Positions 1 to 11,666 of a stretch of 64,000 nt of DNA are shown here, one piece after another. The stretch lies in the NCBI RefSeq assembly GCF_988242995.1, contig NZ_OZ547043.1, one strand, 5' to 3'. The stretch's first letter is position 1. The number at the start of each line of letters is the position of its first letter. Made by a program: the position numbers and the translations under genes. Below the pieces are notes generated by a model. That model had not been told where the DNA came from, made no database searches, and worked only from the letters and a program-made list of their open reading frames with translations.

Positions 1-2
1 TT

Positions 3-245
<243 letters not shown>

Positions 246-274
246 TCGGTCACGGTCCATTAATACGACTTTGA

Positions 275-736
<462 letters not shown>

Positions 737-761
737 TTCGTTATTCAACGAGACGTAAAAA

Positions 762-788
762 CGCCGACCATTGGTCGGCGTTTTGCTT
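762..788 (+). terminator. Rho-independent terminator after rplI
   Basis: Perfect stem cgccgacc/ggtcggcg with a 3-nt loop followed by TTTTGCTTT. Confidence 0.8.
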
Positions 789-806
789 TCTATTTTTCGT
801 CAGGTA

Positions 807-1601
807 TTAGTTTCGCAAGTAGATCCATTCACCATTCTCCTGTGTCCATAATTCAGGATGGTTTGCTGGCGTTAGATGCATATGATCGCACCTTATGTCT
901 CGGTCCTGTGGCACTCGTTCGAAACCCAAACCCGAGTAGATTGCTGCTGAACTTGATAAGGAACGCAGACCAATTTTCAAATCATGGGGTAAATCAGAAT
1001 ACGCGTTTAGCAATGCAGCAATGATGAATCCGAGGGCATTAGAAACGCCTGTAACAGTGCGAAGTTGGTCGATATAAAGATCGATTGTTGGTAGTTCAGA
1101 TGACCAGCAATTAGGCATTTGGGCAGGAAGGGTTACAACGTATCCTATCGTTTGGCCGGTATAGTCTGGAGTACCATAACCTGGACCCAAAACAACCTCG
1201 TGTATTGTGTATTTACTGTTGGGTTCGAAGGATTCGACATCTTGCAATAAATATTTCAGTTCTGCGGTTAACCTCGCACCCGCGTAAGCTTTATTGTATT
1301 TCTGGGCGTGAATATTATCTAATGTAGCTTCATGGTTCCATCCAAAAGAATTATCACCATTCATTGTTATTCCATCGTAAGTATTACACCTCGTCGCTAA
1401 CTTATTGAATGCTTGCCAGTCTGAGAGATCTAGTTTGTGGATCTCAACAGTATGTCTGCCATCGCAATTATGGTCTCTTCCACGATTTGAAAGTAATGTA
1501 GCGCGTGCGTATTGATGAAATTTTAATTTTACTGGTTTGTCGGTGGACGAAAAACGGGGTGAATATGCAGGAAATGAATAAATAGTTGTTGGTAATGTCA
1601 T
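807..1601 (-). CDS. yjfZ: Uncharacterized protein YjfZ
   Basis: 264-aa ORF in an AT-rich segment at the position expected for yjfZ after rplI; no recognisable domain. Confidence 0.8.
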   Translation of the reverse strand: MTLPTTIYSFPAYSPRFSSTDKPVKLKFHQYARATLLSNRGRDHNCDGRHTVEIHKLDLSDWQAFNKLATRCNTYDGITMNGDNSFGWNHEATLDNIHAQKYNKAYAGARLTAELKYLLQDVESFEPNSKYTIHEVVLGPGYGTPDYTGQTIGYVVTLPAQMPNCWSSELPTIDLYIDQLRTVTGVSNALGFIIAALLNAYSDLPHDLKIGLRSLSSSAAIYSGLGFERVPQDRDIRCDHMHLTPANHPELWTQENGEWIYLRN

Positions 1602-1950
1602 TTTATTGTTGCCTGTTTAATATTTTTACAAATATCGCAGTTGAATGTTCAAAGAAAAAGAGTTGATATTAATAAAAATAAGTTTGTTTTCTGAAGTGGT
1701 GAAAATAGCGGATAGTAAAAGATATTAATATCAAAAATCGCTCATCACGGATATAACGATGCACCCAGGGAGGGAGATGACTGACAACGCCTTACACCAT
1801 ACATTCTTGTTGTGCGGTATGTAATTATTCTACGCTGTCGGTATCGGTGCGTTCGTTAATCAGCAGGTTAACCAGCCACAAAAAGCCATTGAAAAAATCA
1901 TCGATTTTACCTGGGGTTATTATATTGCTAATCCCTGGTTTTTAAAAATT

Positions 1951-2277
1951 TTGCATAGTGAAAACCAAAGTAAAGGTGTGCATTATGCAAAATCACAGCG
2001 TCTCTTAGAAATTAATCATGCGCACTTGCGGTTAATGGAATCCTTATTGGATGAAGGGAAGAAACACAATATTTTTAAGGCAGATAGCGACCCATTGCAG
2101 GTGAATATTAATATTGCTGCGCTTGGGGGATATTATTTGATCAACCAGCATACGCTTGGCCTGGTTTATCATATCAGTATGGTTTCACCCCAGGCACTGG
2201 AAGCCAGACGTAAGGTCATCAAAGAGACGCTCCTTAGCTGGCTTCTGGTTGACCCTTCATCTACCGCGCGCGAATAA
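1951..2277 (+). pseudogene. ytfA: Truncated TetR-family regulator remnant (C-terminal ligand-binding domain only)
   Basis: 108-aa ORF opening at a TTG codon; the same frame stays open upstream to a TAA at 1822-1824 with no ATG, and no N-terminal HTH is encoded. Confidence 0.6.
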
Positions 2278-2899
2278 AACTGCCATCCGGCTGACGGGTA
2301 AACAGGACCTGTTGATTATTCCCCGTATCAATGGTTAAGCCCGTCACCACGCCGCTGGCGTTCTGGCGGATTTTCACCATCTGCCCGTTTTGCAAATTAC
2401 TCAGCGGCTTACCCGCGCCTTCTACCTGCGCCATTGCATAGACATCGGTAGCGGGCAGCCCGTGGTCGCGGAACAGCTGTGCCATCGTTTTACCGGGTTC
2501 GACACGGTAAGAGCGCCATTGATTATCAATTCCGCTATCTGGCTGGAATGGTTGCGTTTGGGGGGGTTGCGGCTGCTCTTCTGGCTGGCCTTCCTGTATT
2601 GGTTCTGGAGCGACCGGAGCCACCTGATCAGGATCATTTTGTGGCGTGACTAATTGCGCCCGCAGCTGTTCTTCTGTCGGCGGTTGTGATTGCGACTGAA
2701 TATCTAACTGCGCTTCACGCGTCACCACCGGCGCGTTGGGCGTATCATCAGATGGAAGCAGAAATCCGACCACCAATACAATGGCGGCAATAATGATCCC
2801 CCGACGATGCATCGGCGGCAGCGGGTCCATGAAGCGAAAATTGTCCGGCGCGTGCCAGACTTTCTCCAGGGTTGGTTTTAGTTCAAAGCGCCCGGGCAT
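2261..2899 (-). CDS. ytfB: OapA/LysM-domain cell division protein YtfB
   Basis: ORF with a proline/glutamine-rich linker and a single transmembrane segment; start taken at MPGRFELKP (212 aa), an upstream ATG at 2935 would give 224 aa. Confidence 0.85.
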   Translation of the reverse strand: MPGRFELKPTLEKVWHAPDNFRFMDPLPPMHRRGIIIAAIVLVVGFLLPSDDTPNAPVVTREAQLDIQSQSQPPTEEQLRAQLVTPQNDPDQVAPVAPEPIQEGQPEEQPQPPQTQPFQPDSGIDNQWRSYRVEPGKTMAQLFRDHGLPATDVYAMAQVEGAGKPLSNLQNGQMVKIRQNASGVVTGLTIDTGNNQQVLFTRQPDGSFIRAR

Positions 2900-3116
2900 G
2901 GTTTCCTCCTGCTCCGCGTCTTGTTCCTCAATCATAGCCTATGAATAAGCTAACGCTATGATGTCCGTGGTAAACCCGCCTTTATTATATTCATACGGGA
3001 TATTGCTATTGTTTCTTTTTCCCCGGGATTTGTCATCATTCCCGCGACAAAGTTTTACCCAAAGAAGTGTGGCTGATATGCTGCCCGCTACTTTATACCC
3101 TAAGAAAGGAAATACG

Positions 3117-3737
3117 ATGACCACCCCAACTTTTGACACCATCGAAGCGCAAGCAAGCTACGGCATTGGTTTGCAGGTAGGGCAACAACTGAGTGAATCT
3201 GGCCTGGAAGGGCTGCTGCCAGAAGCACTGGTTGCAGGCATTGCTGATGCGCTGGAAGGCAAACATCCGGCTGTTCCGGTTGATGTGGTGCACCGCGCGC
3301 TGCGTGAAATCCACGAACGCGCCGATGCCGTTCGTCGTCAGCGTTTCCAGGCGATGGCTGCTGAAGGTGTGAAATACCTGGAAGAAAACGCCAAAAAAGA
3401 AGGTGTAAATAGCACCGAATCTGGCCTGCAATTCCGCGTGATCAACCAGGGCGAAGGCGCAATTCCGGCACGTACCGACCGCGTTCGTGTTCATTACACC
3501 GGAAAACTGATCGATGGCACCGTGTTTGACAGCTCCGTCGCTCGCGGCGAGCCAGCTGAATTCCCGGTTAACGGCGTGATCCCTGGCTGGATTGAAGCGC
3601 TGACTCTGATGCCGGTAGGTTCTAAATGGGAACTGACTATCCCGCAGGAACTGGCATATGGCGAGCGTGGCGCAGGCGCGTCCATCCCTCCGTTCAGCAC
3701 CCTGGTGTTTGAAGTCGAACTGCTGGAAATCCTCTAA
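3117..3737 (+). CDS. fklB: FKBP-type peptidyl-prolyl cis-trans isomerase
   Basis: 206-aa product [20 protein letters not shown]... with an FKBP C-terminal domain; internal ATG chosen within the longer track ORF 2958-3737. Confidence 0.93.
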
Positions 3738-4045
3738 GCAGCGCATTCTGTTCCCCTCGAGCCAGAGGGGAGCAGGCATTCAGCAATAAACCCTTCAGTT
3801 TGCCAAACGGCGCTATTTTGTGTTGCAAAGACCGCGTAAGCGTGTATTTTTGTGAGCTGTTTCGCGTTATCACCGTGATATGACACTCACTTTAAACATA
3901 AAATTAACATTAGATCTAAATCTTAGTATTCATCCCGCGTATTGTTACCTAATATCGATGAGTCCCGATACAGATTCGTCGTATCATAGACTGACTAAAG
4001 GCCGTAGAGCCTGAACAACACAGACAGGTACAGGAAGAAAAAAAC

Positions 4046-5458
4046 ATGGTAGATCAGGTAAAAGTCGTTGCCGATGATCAGGCTCCGGCTGAACAGTCGC
4101 TACGGCGCAATCTCACAAACCGACATATTCAGCTTATTGCCATTGGCGGTGCCATTGGTACGGGGTTGTTTATGGGGTCCGGCAAAACGATTAGCCTTGC
4201 CGGGCCGTCGATCATTTTCGTTTATATGATCATCGGTTTTATGCTCTTTTTCGTGATGCGGGCAATGGGGGAATTGCTGCTTTCGAATCTGGAATACAAA
4301 TCTTTTAGTGACTTCGCTTCCGATTTACTCGGGCCGTGGGCAGGATATTTCACCGGCTGGACTTACTGGTTCTGCTGGGTTGTAACCGGTATGGCAGACG
4401 TGGTGGCGATCACGGCTTATGCTCAGTTCTGGTTCCCCGAGCTCTCCGACTGGGTCGCCTCGCTGGCGGTGATAGTGCTGCTGCTGACGCTCAACCTCGC
4501 CACCGTGAAAATGTTCGGTGAGATGGAGTTCTGGTTTGCGATGATCAAAATCGTCGCCATTGTGTCACTGATTGTCGTCGGCCTGGTCATGGTGGCGATG
4601 CACTTTCAGTCACCGACCGGTGTGGAAGCGTCATTCGCGCATTTGTGGAATGATGGCGGCTGGTTCCCGAAAGGTTTAAGTGGCTTCTTTGCCGGATTCC
4701 AGATAGCGGTTTTCGCTTTCGTAGGGATTGAGCTGGTAGGTACAACAGCTGCGGAAACCAAAGACCCTGAGAAATCACTGCCACGCGCGATTAACTCCAT
4801 TCCGATCCGTATCATTATGTTCTACGTCTTCGCGCTGATTGTGATTATGTCCGTGACGCCGTGGAGTTCGGTAGTCCCGGAGAAAAGCCCGTTTGTTGAA
4901 CTGTTCGTGTTGGTGGGTCTGCCTGCTGCCGCCAGCGTGATTAACTTTGTGGTGCTGACCTCTGCCGCTTCTTCCGCTAACAGCGGCGTCTTCTCTACCA
5001 GTCGTATGCTGTTTGGTCTGGCGCAGGAAGGTGTGGCACCGAAAGCGTTCGCTAAACTCTCTAAGCGCGCCGTACCCGCGAAAGGGCTGACCTTCTCCTG
5101 CATCTGCCTGCTCGGCGGCGTGGTGATGCTGTATGTGAATCCCAGCGTGATTGGTGCGTTCACGATGATCACGACCGTTTCCGCGATTCTGTTTATGTTC
5201 GTCTGGACGATTATCCTTTGCTCGTACCTGGTGTATCGCAAACAGCGTCCGCACTTGCATGAGAAATCAATCTACAAGATGCCGCTCGGCAAGCTGATGT
5301 GCTGGGTATGTATGGCATTCTTTGTGTTCGTGGTCGTGCTGCTGACACTGGAAGATGATACCCGCCAGGCGCTGCTGGTTACCCCGCTGTGGTTTATCGC
5401 TCTGGGGCTGGGCTGGTTGTTTATTGGTAAGAAGCGGGCTGCTGAACTGCGGAAATAA
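4046..5458 (+). CDS. cycA: D-serine/D-alanine/glycine:H+ symporter (APC family)
   Basis: 470-aa polytopic membrane protein with the amino-acid permease signature. Confidence 0.95.
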   Translation: MVDQVKVVADDQAPAEQSLRRNLTNRHIQLIAIGGAIGTGLFMGSGKTISLAGPSIIFVYMIIGFMLFFVMRAMGELLLSNLEYKSFSDFASDLLGPWAGYFTGWTYWFCWVVTGMADVVAITAYAQFWFPELSDWVASLAVIVLLLTLNLATVKMFGEMEFWFAMIKIVAIVSLIVVGLVMVAMHFQSPTGVEASFAHLWNDGGWFPKGLSGFFAGFQIAVFAFVGIELVGTTAAETKDPEKSLPRAINSIPIRIIMFYVFALIVIMSVTPWSSVVPEKSPFVELFVLVGLPAAASVINFVVLTSAASSANSGVFSTSRMLFGLAQEGVAPKAFAKLSKRAVPAKGLTFSCICLLGGVVMLYVNPSVIGAFTMITTVSAILFMFVWTIILCSYLVYRKQRPHLHEKSIYKMPLGKLMCWVCMAFFVFVVVLLTLEDDTRQALLVTPLWFIALGLGWLFIGKKRAAELRK

Positions 5459-5470
5459 CCGCATTATCAT

Positions 5471-5499
5471 GCTGGATGGCGCAATGCCATCCAGCTTTT
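5471..5499. terminator. Bidirectional stem-loop between convergent cycA and ytfE
   Basis: Stem gctggatggc/gccatccagc with a 5-nt loop followed by TTTTA. Confidence 0.7.
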
Positions 5500-5502
5500 A
5501 GA

Positions 5503-6165
5503 TCACTCACCCGCCAGTGCGCGCGGGAACAGCACATTATTTTCCAGGCTGATGTGCTCCATCAGGTCATCAATCAGTTCATTAATGCCGTTATACATCG
5601 CTTTCCAGGTGGTGCAGGCTTCCGGCGGCGGTGTGACGTTATTGGTAGTGTGTTTGATTACTTCCAGCAGTTCACCCGCTTCATCGTGCTCGCTTTCCAT
5701 TACGCTGATTGGCCCCATTGCCTGGCTGCCCATGCCTTGTTTGATCATCGGGAAGAGGATCTGCTCTTCTTTCATCATGTGGCTGGAAAGCTCTTCATGC
5801 AGCATAGTCAGGTATTTTGTCAGCCCTTTTGGCACGCTCGGTTTGTCGGCGTGAACGCGTTCGACTTTAGTCGCTTGCAGGATCAGCTCCGGCAGTTGCT
5901 CGCGGTGACGATCGTGGTAGCGCACGATGATATGGTCGATGATTTCTGCCAGCGGGGCGCTACGCCAGTCTTTCTCAATCGGTTGTTCAGCAAGCTTTGC
6001 CAGCTCAGCTTCAATGACCTCAACATCCAGTTCTTTACGTGCCGCCGCACGCGCCAGCGTTTGCTTACCGCCGCAGCAGTAATCCATATCATATTTACGA
6101 AACAGAGCCGAAGCGCGAGGAATAGAGAGCGCCAGTTCACCTAAAGGTTGGTCGCGATAAGCCAT
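5503..6165 (-). CDS. ytfE: Iron-sulfur cluster repair di-iron protein (RIC)
   Basis: 220-aa [36 protein letters not shown]... with a ScdA_N/hemerythrin-like architecture. Confidence 0.95.
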   Translation of the reverse strand: MAYRDQPLGELALSIPRASALFRKYDMDYCCGGKQTLARAAARKELDVEVIEAELAKLAEQPIEKDWRSAPLAEIIDHIIVRYHDRHREQLPELILQATKVERVHADKPSVPKGLTKYLTMLHEELSSHMMKEEQILFPMIKQGMGSQAMGPISVMESEHDEAGELLEVIKHTTNNVTPPPEACTTWKAMYNGINELIDDLMEHISLENNVLFPRALAGE

Positions 6166-6191
6166 AGCTGATACCTCATTCTTAATAAGAT

Positions 6192-6214
6192 AAGATGCAT
6201 TTTAAATGCATCTT
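6192..6214. promoter_or_regulatory. NsrR operator upstream of ytfE
   Basis: Near-perfect palindrome AAGATGCATTTTAAATGCATCTT about 30 bp upstream of the ytfE start, matching the NsrR consensus. Confidence 0.85.
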
Positions 6215-6272
6215 TAAGGCAAAAGCTATAACCCTTACGTAGCAGAGGCTTATTTAACTCACTGCCAGCGTG

Positions 6273-7238
6273 TCAACTTTCTGAGACAGATTCAGTTAAA
6301 GGTTTTTCTGGTTTTGCTCTGACCGCAATGACCACGCCAACCACTAACAGTGCGATACCGCTCAGCGTCATTAGTGGCGGCATTTGCTGGCGTAACAAAA
6401 AGGTGTACAGCAAACCTGCCAGCGTTTCGAAAACAATCAGCGGCCCGAGAATCACTGTCGGTAATCGCTGGCTGGCGACGTTCCAGCAGAGTGCGCCAAC
6501 CCATGAGCAAAGCACGGCTATTGCAATCATCAGACTAATAAACACCAGCGGACGGGGGCCAAAAGGTAGGGAGAAGTCCGGCGTTTGCGTATTCAGCCAG
6601 TAACAAGCGACGAGATAGCCGATAAGCGAAACCGGCAGCGTGACCAGCGCCTGCGCCGTCGCCCACATCATCGGATGTTTGTCGGGATTTTCCCGCAGCC
6701 AGCGGGCGTTGCGCAGGGCATACCATGCCCAGCAGACCACGGAAACTAACGCCAGCACGATGCCAGAGGTATAACGTGCCCAGTCAAAATCGGGGAGTCC
6801 GTGGTTTAACTCAGCAATATTCACACTCGCCAGGCCGATGCCAATACAAATCAGTGCCGGGGCGAGTTTTCCCCACGCGAGTTTGCCGTCGCGCTGGCTA
6901 TAAAGCAGATTGGCAAAGACAGGAATGACCACCGGCAGGGTGCCGATAATCATCGTGGAAACAGGCGCGCCAGTACGTTGAATGGCACTGGCAAGGCAGA
7001 AGTAATAAATGAGGTTGCCCATCATAGTGAGCATCAAGGCGGTAAGCCAGTCGCGACGCGCCAACTGACGCAGACGCACGCGCCCCAGCCAGGCAATGGG
7101 CAGCGCAATTAACCCTAACGCCAGATAACGCCCCATAGACTGCAACATCGCCGGGTATTCCGGCACGATCAACGGCCCGACAAAAATAAGCCCCCACATC
7201 AACCCTGCTAACAGGGCGTACAGCACGCCGCTAATCAT
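6273..7238 (-). CDS. ytfF: EamA/DMT-family inner membrane transporter
   Basis: About 321-aa hydrophobic ORF; start could be 7247 or 7238. Confidence 0.88.
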   Translation of the reverse strand: MISGVLYALLAGLMWGLIFVGPLIVPEYPAMLQSMGRYLALGLIALPIAWLGRVRLRQLARRDWLTALMLTMMGNLIYYFCLASAIQRTGAPVSTMIIGTLPVVIPVFANLLYSQRDGKLAWGKLAPALICIGIGLASVNIAELNHGLPDFDWARYTSGIVLALVSVVCWAWYALRNARWLRENPDKHPMMWATAQALVTLPVSLIGYLVACYWLNTQTPDFSLPFGPRPLVFISLMIAIAVLCSWVGALCWNVASQRLPTVILGPLIVFETLAGLLYTFLLRQQMPPLMTLSGIALLVVGVVIAVRAKPEKPLTESVSES

Positions 7239-7346
7239 TACTGGCATCCATTGGTCTGTCAGAAGAAACGTTCAGGAAGCAGATATGATTGCTCCCGGCA
7301 TCCCGTCATTATCAGAGAGGATGCGGGAGGATGCCACTTTAATTAA

Positions 7347-8207
7347 CTAGTTATTAACATTAAAAAGATGGCTTACGCTTTCGGCTAACGTTGTCGTTGG
7401 GCGGCCAATCAATTTGCTAAGCGTTTTGCTGTTATCAAACAGACCACCTTTCGATGCGCCAACGTCAGAATCCGCCAGCATATCCGCCAGTCCGTCGGGC
7501 AGTCCGACGCTTTTCAGTGCCGCGGCGAAATCGGCTTCGCTCAGATTTTGATAGGTAACGGATTTTCCGCTCTGTTTGGTCAGCTCTGCCGCTAACTGTG
7601 TCAACGTCCAGGCACTATCGCCCGCCAGTTCGTAAACCTTGCCTTCGTGACCGGCTTCGCTAATCACGCGTGCCGCAGCTGCCGCATAATCTGCCCGCGT
7701 TGCTGAGGCGATTTTGCCATCGCCCGCCGCACCGATAAATACGCCGTGTTCCAGTGCTGCCGGGGCGCTGGCGAGGTAGTTTTCGCTGTACCAGCCGTTG
7801 CGCAGCAGGGTGTAAACGATGCCAGAATCAGCCAGCATTTTCTCCGTCTCGATGTGCTCATCGGCGAGGCCGAGCGGGGAGGTATCTGCATGTAGCAGGC
7901 TGGTATAAGCGATAAATTTCACGCCAGCCGCCTTTGCGGCATTAATAACATTACGATGCTGCGGGGCACGTTGACCCACTTCGCTGGAAGAGATCAGCAG
8001 TAGTTTTTCCACTCCCTGAAGTGCAGATGTCAGTGCGGCTTCATCGCCGTAGTCAGCCTGACGCACGGTAATGCCTTGTGCTGTCAGTGCCTGGGCTTTT
8101 GCCGGATTACGAACGATAGCCACTATTTGGCTGGCAGGAACCGTTTTCATCAAGGATTCAATAACATAGTGACCAAGTTGGCCAGAGGCACCAGTAATTG
8201 CGATCAT
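7347..8207 (-). CDS. qorB: NAD(P)H:quinone oxidoreductase (NmrA-like)
   Basis: 286-aa product MIAITGASGQLGHYVIESL... with a Rossmann GxxGxxG motif; internal start chosen within track ORF 7347-8255. Confidence 0.92.
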   Translation of the reverse strand: MIAITGASGQLGHYVIESLMKTVPASQIVAIVRNPAKAQALTAQGITVRQADYGDEAALTSALQGVEKLLLISSSEVGQRAPQHRNVINAAKAAGVKFIAYTSLLHADTSPLGLADEHIETEKMLADSGIVYTLLRNGWYSENYLASAPAALEHGVFIGAAGDGKIASATRADYAAAAARVISEAGHEGKVYELAGDSAWTLTQLAAELTKQSGKSVTYQNLSEADFAAALKSVGLPDGLADMLADSDVGASKGGLFDNSKTLSKLIGRPTTTLAESVSHLFNVNN

Positions 8208-8255
8208 AGGAAGTCTCCATCGTTTTGTCTTGTGTTTAAATACGCTAACACCCAA

Positions 8256-8272
8256 ACTTACTTTTAGTAAGT
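8256..8272. promoter_or_regulatory. Candidate operator in the qorB-ytfH divergent region
   Basis: Inverted repeat ACTTAC-N5-GTAAGT centred in the 88-bp divergent intergenic region. Confidence 0.3.
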
Positions 8273-8295
8273 ACGTACAAAAAGGTAAGTATGAG

Positions 8296-8676
8296 ATGAG
8301 TCAGGTTAGCCTGTCGCAACAACTGAAAGAGGGAAATCTCTTCGCTGAACAGTGTCCGTCGCGCGAGGTTTTGAAACACGTCACCAGCCGTTGGGGGGTG
8401 TTGATTCTGGTGGCGCTACGCGAAGGTACTCATCGCTTTAGCGACCTGCGGCGCAAAATGGGCGGGGTGAGTGAAAAGATGCTTGCGCAGTCGTTACAGG
8501 CGCTAGAGCAGGATGGTTTTCTTAACCGTATCGCGTATCCGGTGGTGCCGCCGCATGTGGAATATAGCCTCACGCCGCTGGGAGAGCAGGTGAGCGAAAA
8601 GGTTGCTGCACTGGCGGACTGGATTGAGTTGAATTTGCCCGAGGTGTTGGCGGTGCGGGATGAACGTGCGGCGTAA
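8296..8676 (+). CDS. ytfH: HxlR-type winged-helix transcriptional regulator
   Basis: 126-aa product MSQVSLSQQLKEGNLFAEQCPSREVLKHVTSRWGVLIL...; HxlR/MarR-like helix-turn-helix. Confidence 0.9.
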   Translation: MSQVSLSQQLKEGNLFAEQCPSREVLKHVTSRWGVLILVALREGTHRFSDLRRKMGGVSEKMLAQSLQALEQDGFLNRIAYPVVPPHVEYSLTPLGEQVSEKVAALADWIELNLPEVLAVRDERAA

Positions 8677-8680
8677 CTGC

Positions 8681-8780
8681 AGGATGCGCGGCCTACGGTG
8701 TATGACTTGTAGGACGGATAAGATGCGCCAGCATCGCATCCGACAAAAGTGTCGGATGCGGTTGATGATTTGTAGGCCGA
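8681..8780. repeat. REP (repetitive extragenic palindromic) elements
   Basis: Multiple GCCTAC/GTAGGC and CGGATGCG/CGCATCCG palindromic units between convergent ytfH and cpdB. Confidence 0.8.
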
Positions 8781-8792
8781 AAAAGAAGTGTA

Positions 8793-10736
8793 TTACTTAC
8801 TCAAATCCACCTGATAAATCGCAAACCCGATATCATCGGTCGCGACTTTATTCATCGGATATTGCCCTTTCTCTTTAATAAACGCCGCGGCTTTATCTGA
8901 TGGAGAGGTTTCGAAACGGATATCCAGTTTCTTATCGCCAGCTATTGGTGCTAAACGCCAGTTGTTATCTGCCGCCGGGTGAATTTCCCCCGCACGTTTC
9001 GACTCATCAGCAATCCACGCTGCCAGCACCGAGCGGTTCTCATCCGGCGAAGCAAAAGCGATATGGCTGTCGCCCGTACCGGCAAATTTGCCGCCGTAAG
9101 CGCGATAGTTATTGGTGGCAACGAGGAACATGGCGTTCGGATCAATCGGCTTGCCGTTAAAGGTCAGGTTCTTAATCCTTTCCGCATTGGCATTAATCAT
9201 CTGGCACTCGCCGTCATAACGGGCGGGTTGGGTAACATCAATCTGATAATTCACACCATCAATAACATCAAAGTTATAGGTGCGGAAACCATCCCAGTTG
9301 ATGAGTGACTGTGGTTTCGTGCTGTTAGGATCAATCTGGTTAAACTGTCCGGCGGAGCACTCCAGCCACTCTTTCACCTCTTTACCGCTGGCTTTCACCA
9401 CAATCAGCGTATTGGGGTAGAGATAAAGATCGGCGGCATTACGGAAGGTCAACTGGCCTTTTTCCACCTCCACATAGCTTGCCGGGTCATTTTTGCGACC
9501 ACCAACTTTAAACGGTGCGGCAGCTGAAAGCACCGGCAGTTTTGCCAGATCCGGATCGCCCTGAATGTAATGCTCGACATACGCTTTTTGCGCGTTGTTC
9601 ACTACCTGCACGGTCGGATCGTCTTGCACTAGCGCCAGATAGCTATACATATTGTCGGCGGATTTACCGATTGGCTTGCTGACGAACTGGCGTGTGGCAT
9701 CGTGATCGGCTTTGAGTGTTTCTACCAGCTTGCTGTCTTCCGCCGCGAGGGATTTTTTATTAGCGATGTCGTAAATCGGTCTTGCTTCCGCTTTCGCCTG
9801 CGTCACCTGCCATTTACCGCTGTCATTACTGAGTTGTAAGTCGACCACACCAAGATGATCGCCCCACATGCCTGGCATTACCGCCGGAACACCATTCAGC
9901 GTGCCTTTCGCGATATCAGCCCCTTCGATATCAGCAAAATCTTTACCTGGGAAAACGGCGTGAGCATGGCCAAACATAATGGCGTTAACGCCCGGAATTT
10001 CACTGAGGTAATAAACTGAGTTTTCCGCCATCACTTTATACGGATCGGCAGACAGCCCGGAATGCGCCAGAACGACAACGACATCGGCACCTTTCTCGCG
10101 CATTTCAGGCACGTATTTGCGCACGGTTTCGGTAATATCATTCACCGTCACTTTCCCGGATAAATTAGCTTTATCCCAGCCCATGATTTGCGGCGGCACG
10201 ACGCCAATATAGCCAATCTTCAGCGTCTGTTTTTTTCCGTCTTTATCGACCACTTCGGTGTCTTTAATTAAATACGGTGTAAACATTGGCTGTTTGGTTC
10301 TGGCGTCAATGACGTTGGCATTTACATAAGGGAATTTCGCTCCCGCCAGCGCATTTTTCAGGTAATCCAGACCGTAGTTAAACTCGTGGTTGCCAAGCGT
10401 GCCGACGGTATAGTCCAGCGTATTTAATGCCTTATAGACCGGGTGAATATCACCTGCTTTTAAACCTTTCGCCGACATGTAATCTGCAAGCGGACTCCCC
10501 TGAATCAAATCGCCGTTATCCACCAGTACGCTGTTTTTCACTTCATTGCGGGCATCGTTAATCAGGCTTGCGGTACGTACCAGTCCGAATTTTTCCGTGG
10601 CGGTGTCTTTGTAATAATCGAAATCCATCATGTTGCTATGCAGATCAGTGGTTTCCATGATACGCAGATCGACCGTCGCTGCATTCACACTGGCGGCAAT
10701 CAGCGTGGCCAGGAGCGTTGCGCTAAACTTAATCAT
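8793..10736 (-). CDS. cpdB: Periplasmic 2',3'-cyclic-nucleotide 2'-phosphodiesterase / 3'-nucleotidase
   Basis: About 647-aa product with signal peptide [19 protein letters not shown] and a calcineurin-like metallophosphoesterase plus 5'-nucleotidase C-terminal domain. Confidence 0.95.
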
Positions 10737-10925
10737 CAGGGACATCCTTTTATCATCGGGAATACGAAAGAAAAGGGAGAATAAACGTCTTACTTATAGA
10801 ACAGTGAAGAATGCCACAATTTTACGCTTTGAAAATGATGACACTATCACAGTTGGCGCATTCATTAACGATAGGGTATAAGTAAAACAATAAGTTAACA
10901 CCGCTCACAGAGACGAGGTGGAGAA

Positions 10926-11666
10926 ATGTTAGATCAAGTATGCCAGCTTGCACGGAATGCAGGCGATGCCATTATGCAGGTCTACGACGGGACGAAACCG
11001 ATGGACGTCGTCAGCAAAGCGGACAATTCTCCGGTAACGGCAGCGGATATTGCCGCACACACCGTTATCATGGACGGTTTACGTACGCTGACACCGGATA
11101 TTCCGGTCCTTTCTGAAGAAGATCCTCCCGGTTGGGAAGTCCGTCAGCACTGGCAGCGTTACTGGCTGGTAGATCCGCTGGATGGTACTAAAGAGTTTAT
11201 TAAACGTAATGGCGAATTCACCGTTAACATTGCGCTCATTGACCATGGAAAACCGATTATAGGCGTGGTGTATGCGCCGGTAATGAACGTAATGTACAGC
11301 GCGGCAGAAGGCAAAGCGTGGAAAGAAGAGTGCGGCGTGCGCAAGCAGATTCAGGTCCGTGATGCGCGCCCGCCACTGGTCGTTATTAGCCGATCCCATG
11401 CAGATGCGGAGCTGAAAGAGTATCTGCAACAGCTTGGCGAACATCAGACCACGTCCATCGGCTCTTCGCTGAAATTCTGCCTGGTGGCGGAAGGGCAGGC
11501 GCAGCTGTACCCGCGCTTCGGACCAACGAATATTTGGGACACCGCCGCTGGACATGCTGTGGCCGCAGCTGCCGGAGCGCACGTTCACGACTGGCAGGGT
11601 AAACCGCTGGATTACACTCCGCGCGAGTCGTTCCTGAATCCGGGATTCAGAGTGTCTATTTACTAA
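10926..11666 (+). CDS. cysQ: 3'(2'),5'-bisphosphate nucleotidase
   Basis: 246-aa ORF with inositol monophosphatase-family motifs ([12 protein letters not shown]). Confidence 0.95.
   Translation: MLDQVCQLARNAGDAIMQVYDGTKPMDVVSKADNSPVTAADIAAHTVIMDGLRTLTPDIPVLSEEDPPGWEVRQHWQRYWLVDPLDGTKEFIKRNGEFTVNIALIDHGKPIIGVVYAPVMNVMYSAAEGKAWKEECGVRKQIQVRDARPPLVVISRSHADAELKEYLQQLGEHQTTSIGSSLKFCLVAEGQAQLYPRFGPTNIWDTAAGHAVAAAAGAHVHDWQGKPLDYTPRESFLNPGFRVSIY

Noticed and set aside
2958-3116. N-terminal extension of the fklB ORF (259 aa versus 206 aa)
   Set aside because: The extension is hydrophobic and low-complexity and overlaps the ytfB end; the internal ATG at 3117 gives the canonical FklB N-terminus.
5476-6144. 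222-aa ORF antisense to ytfE
   Set aside because: Almost exactly mirrors the ytfE coding region; the ytfE product has a clear conserved identity while the antisense translation has none.
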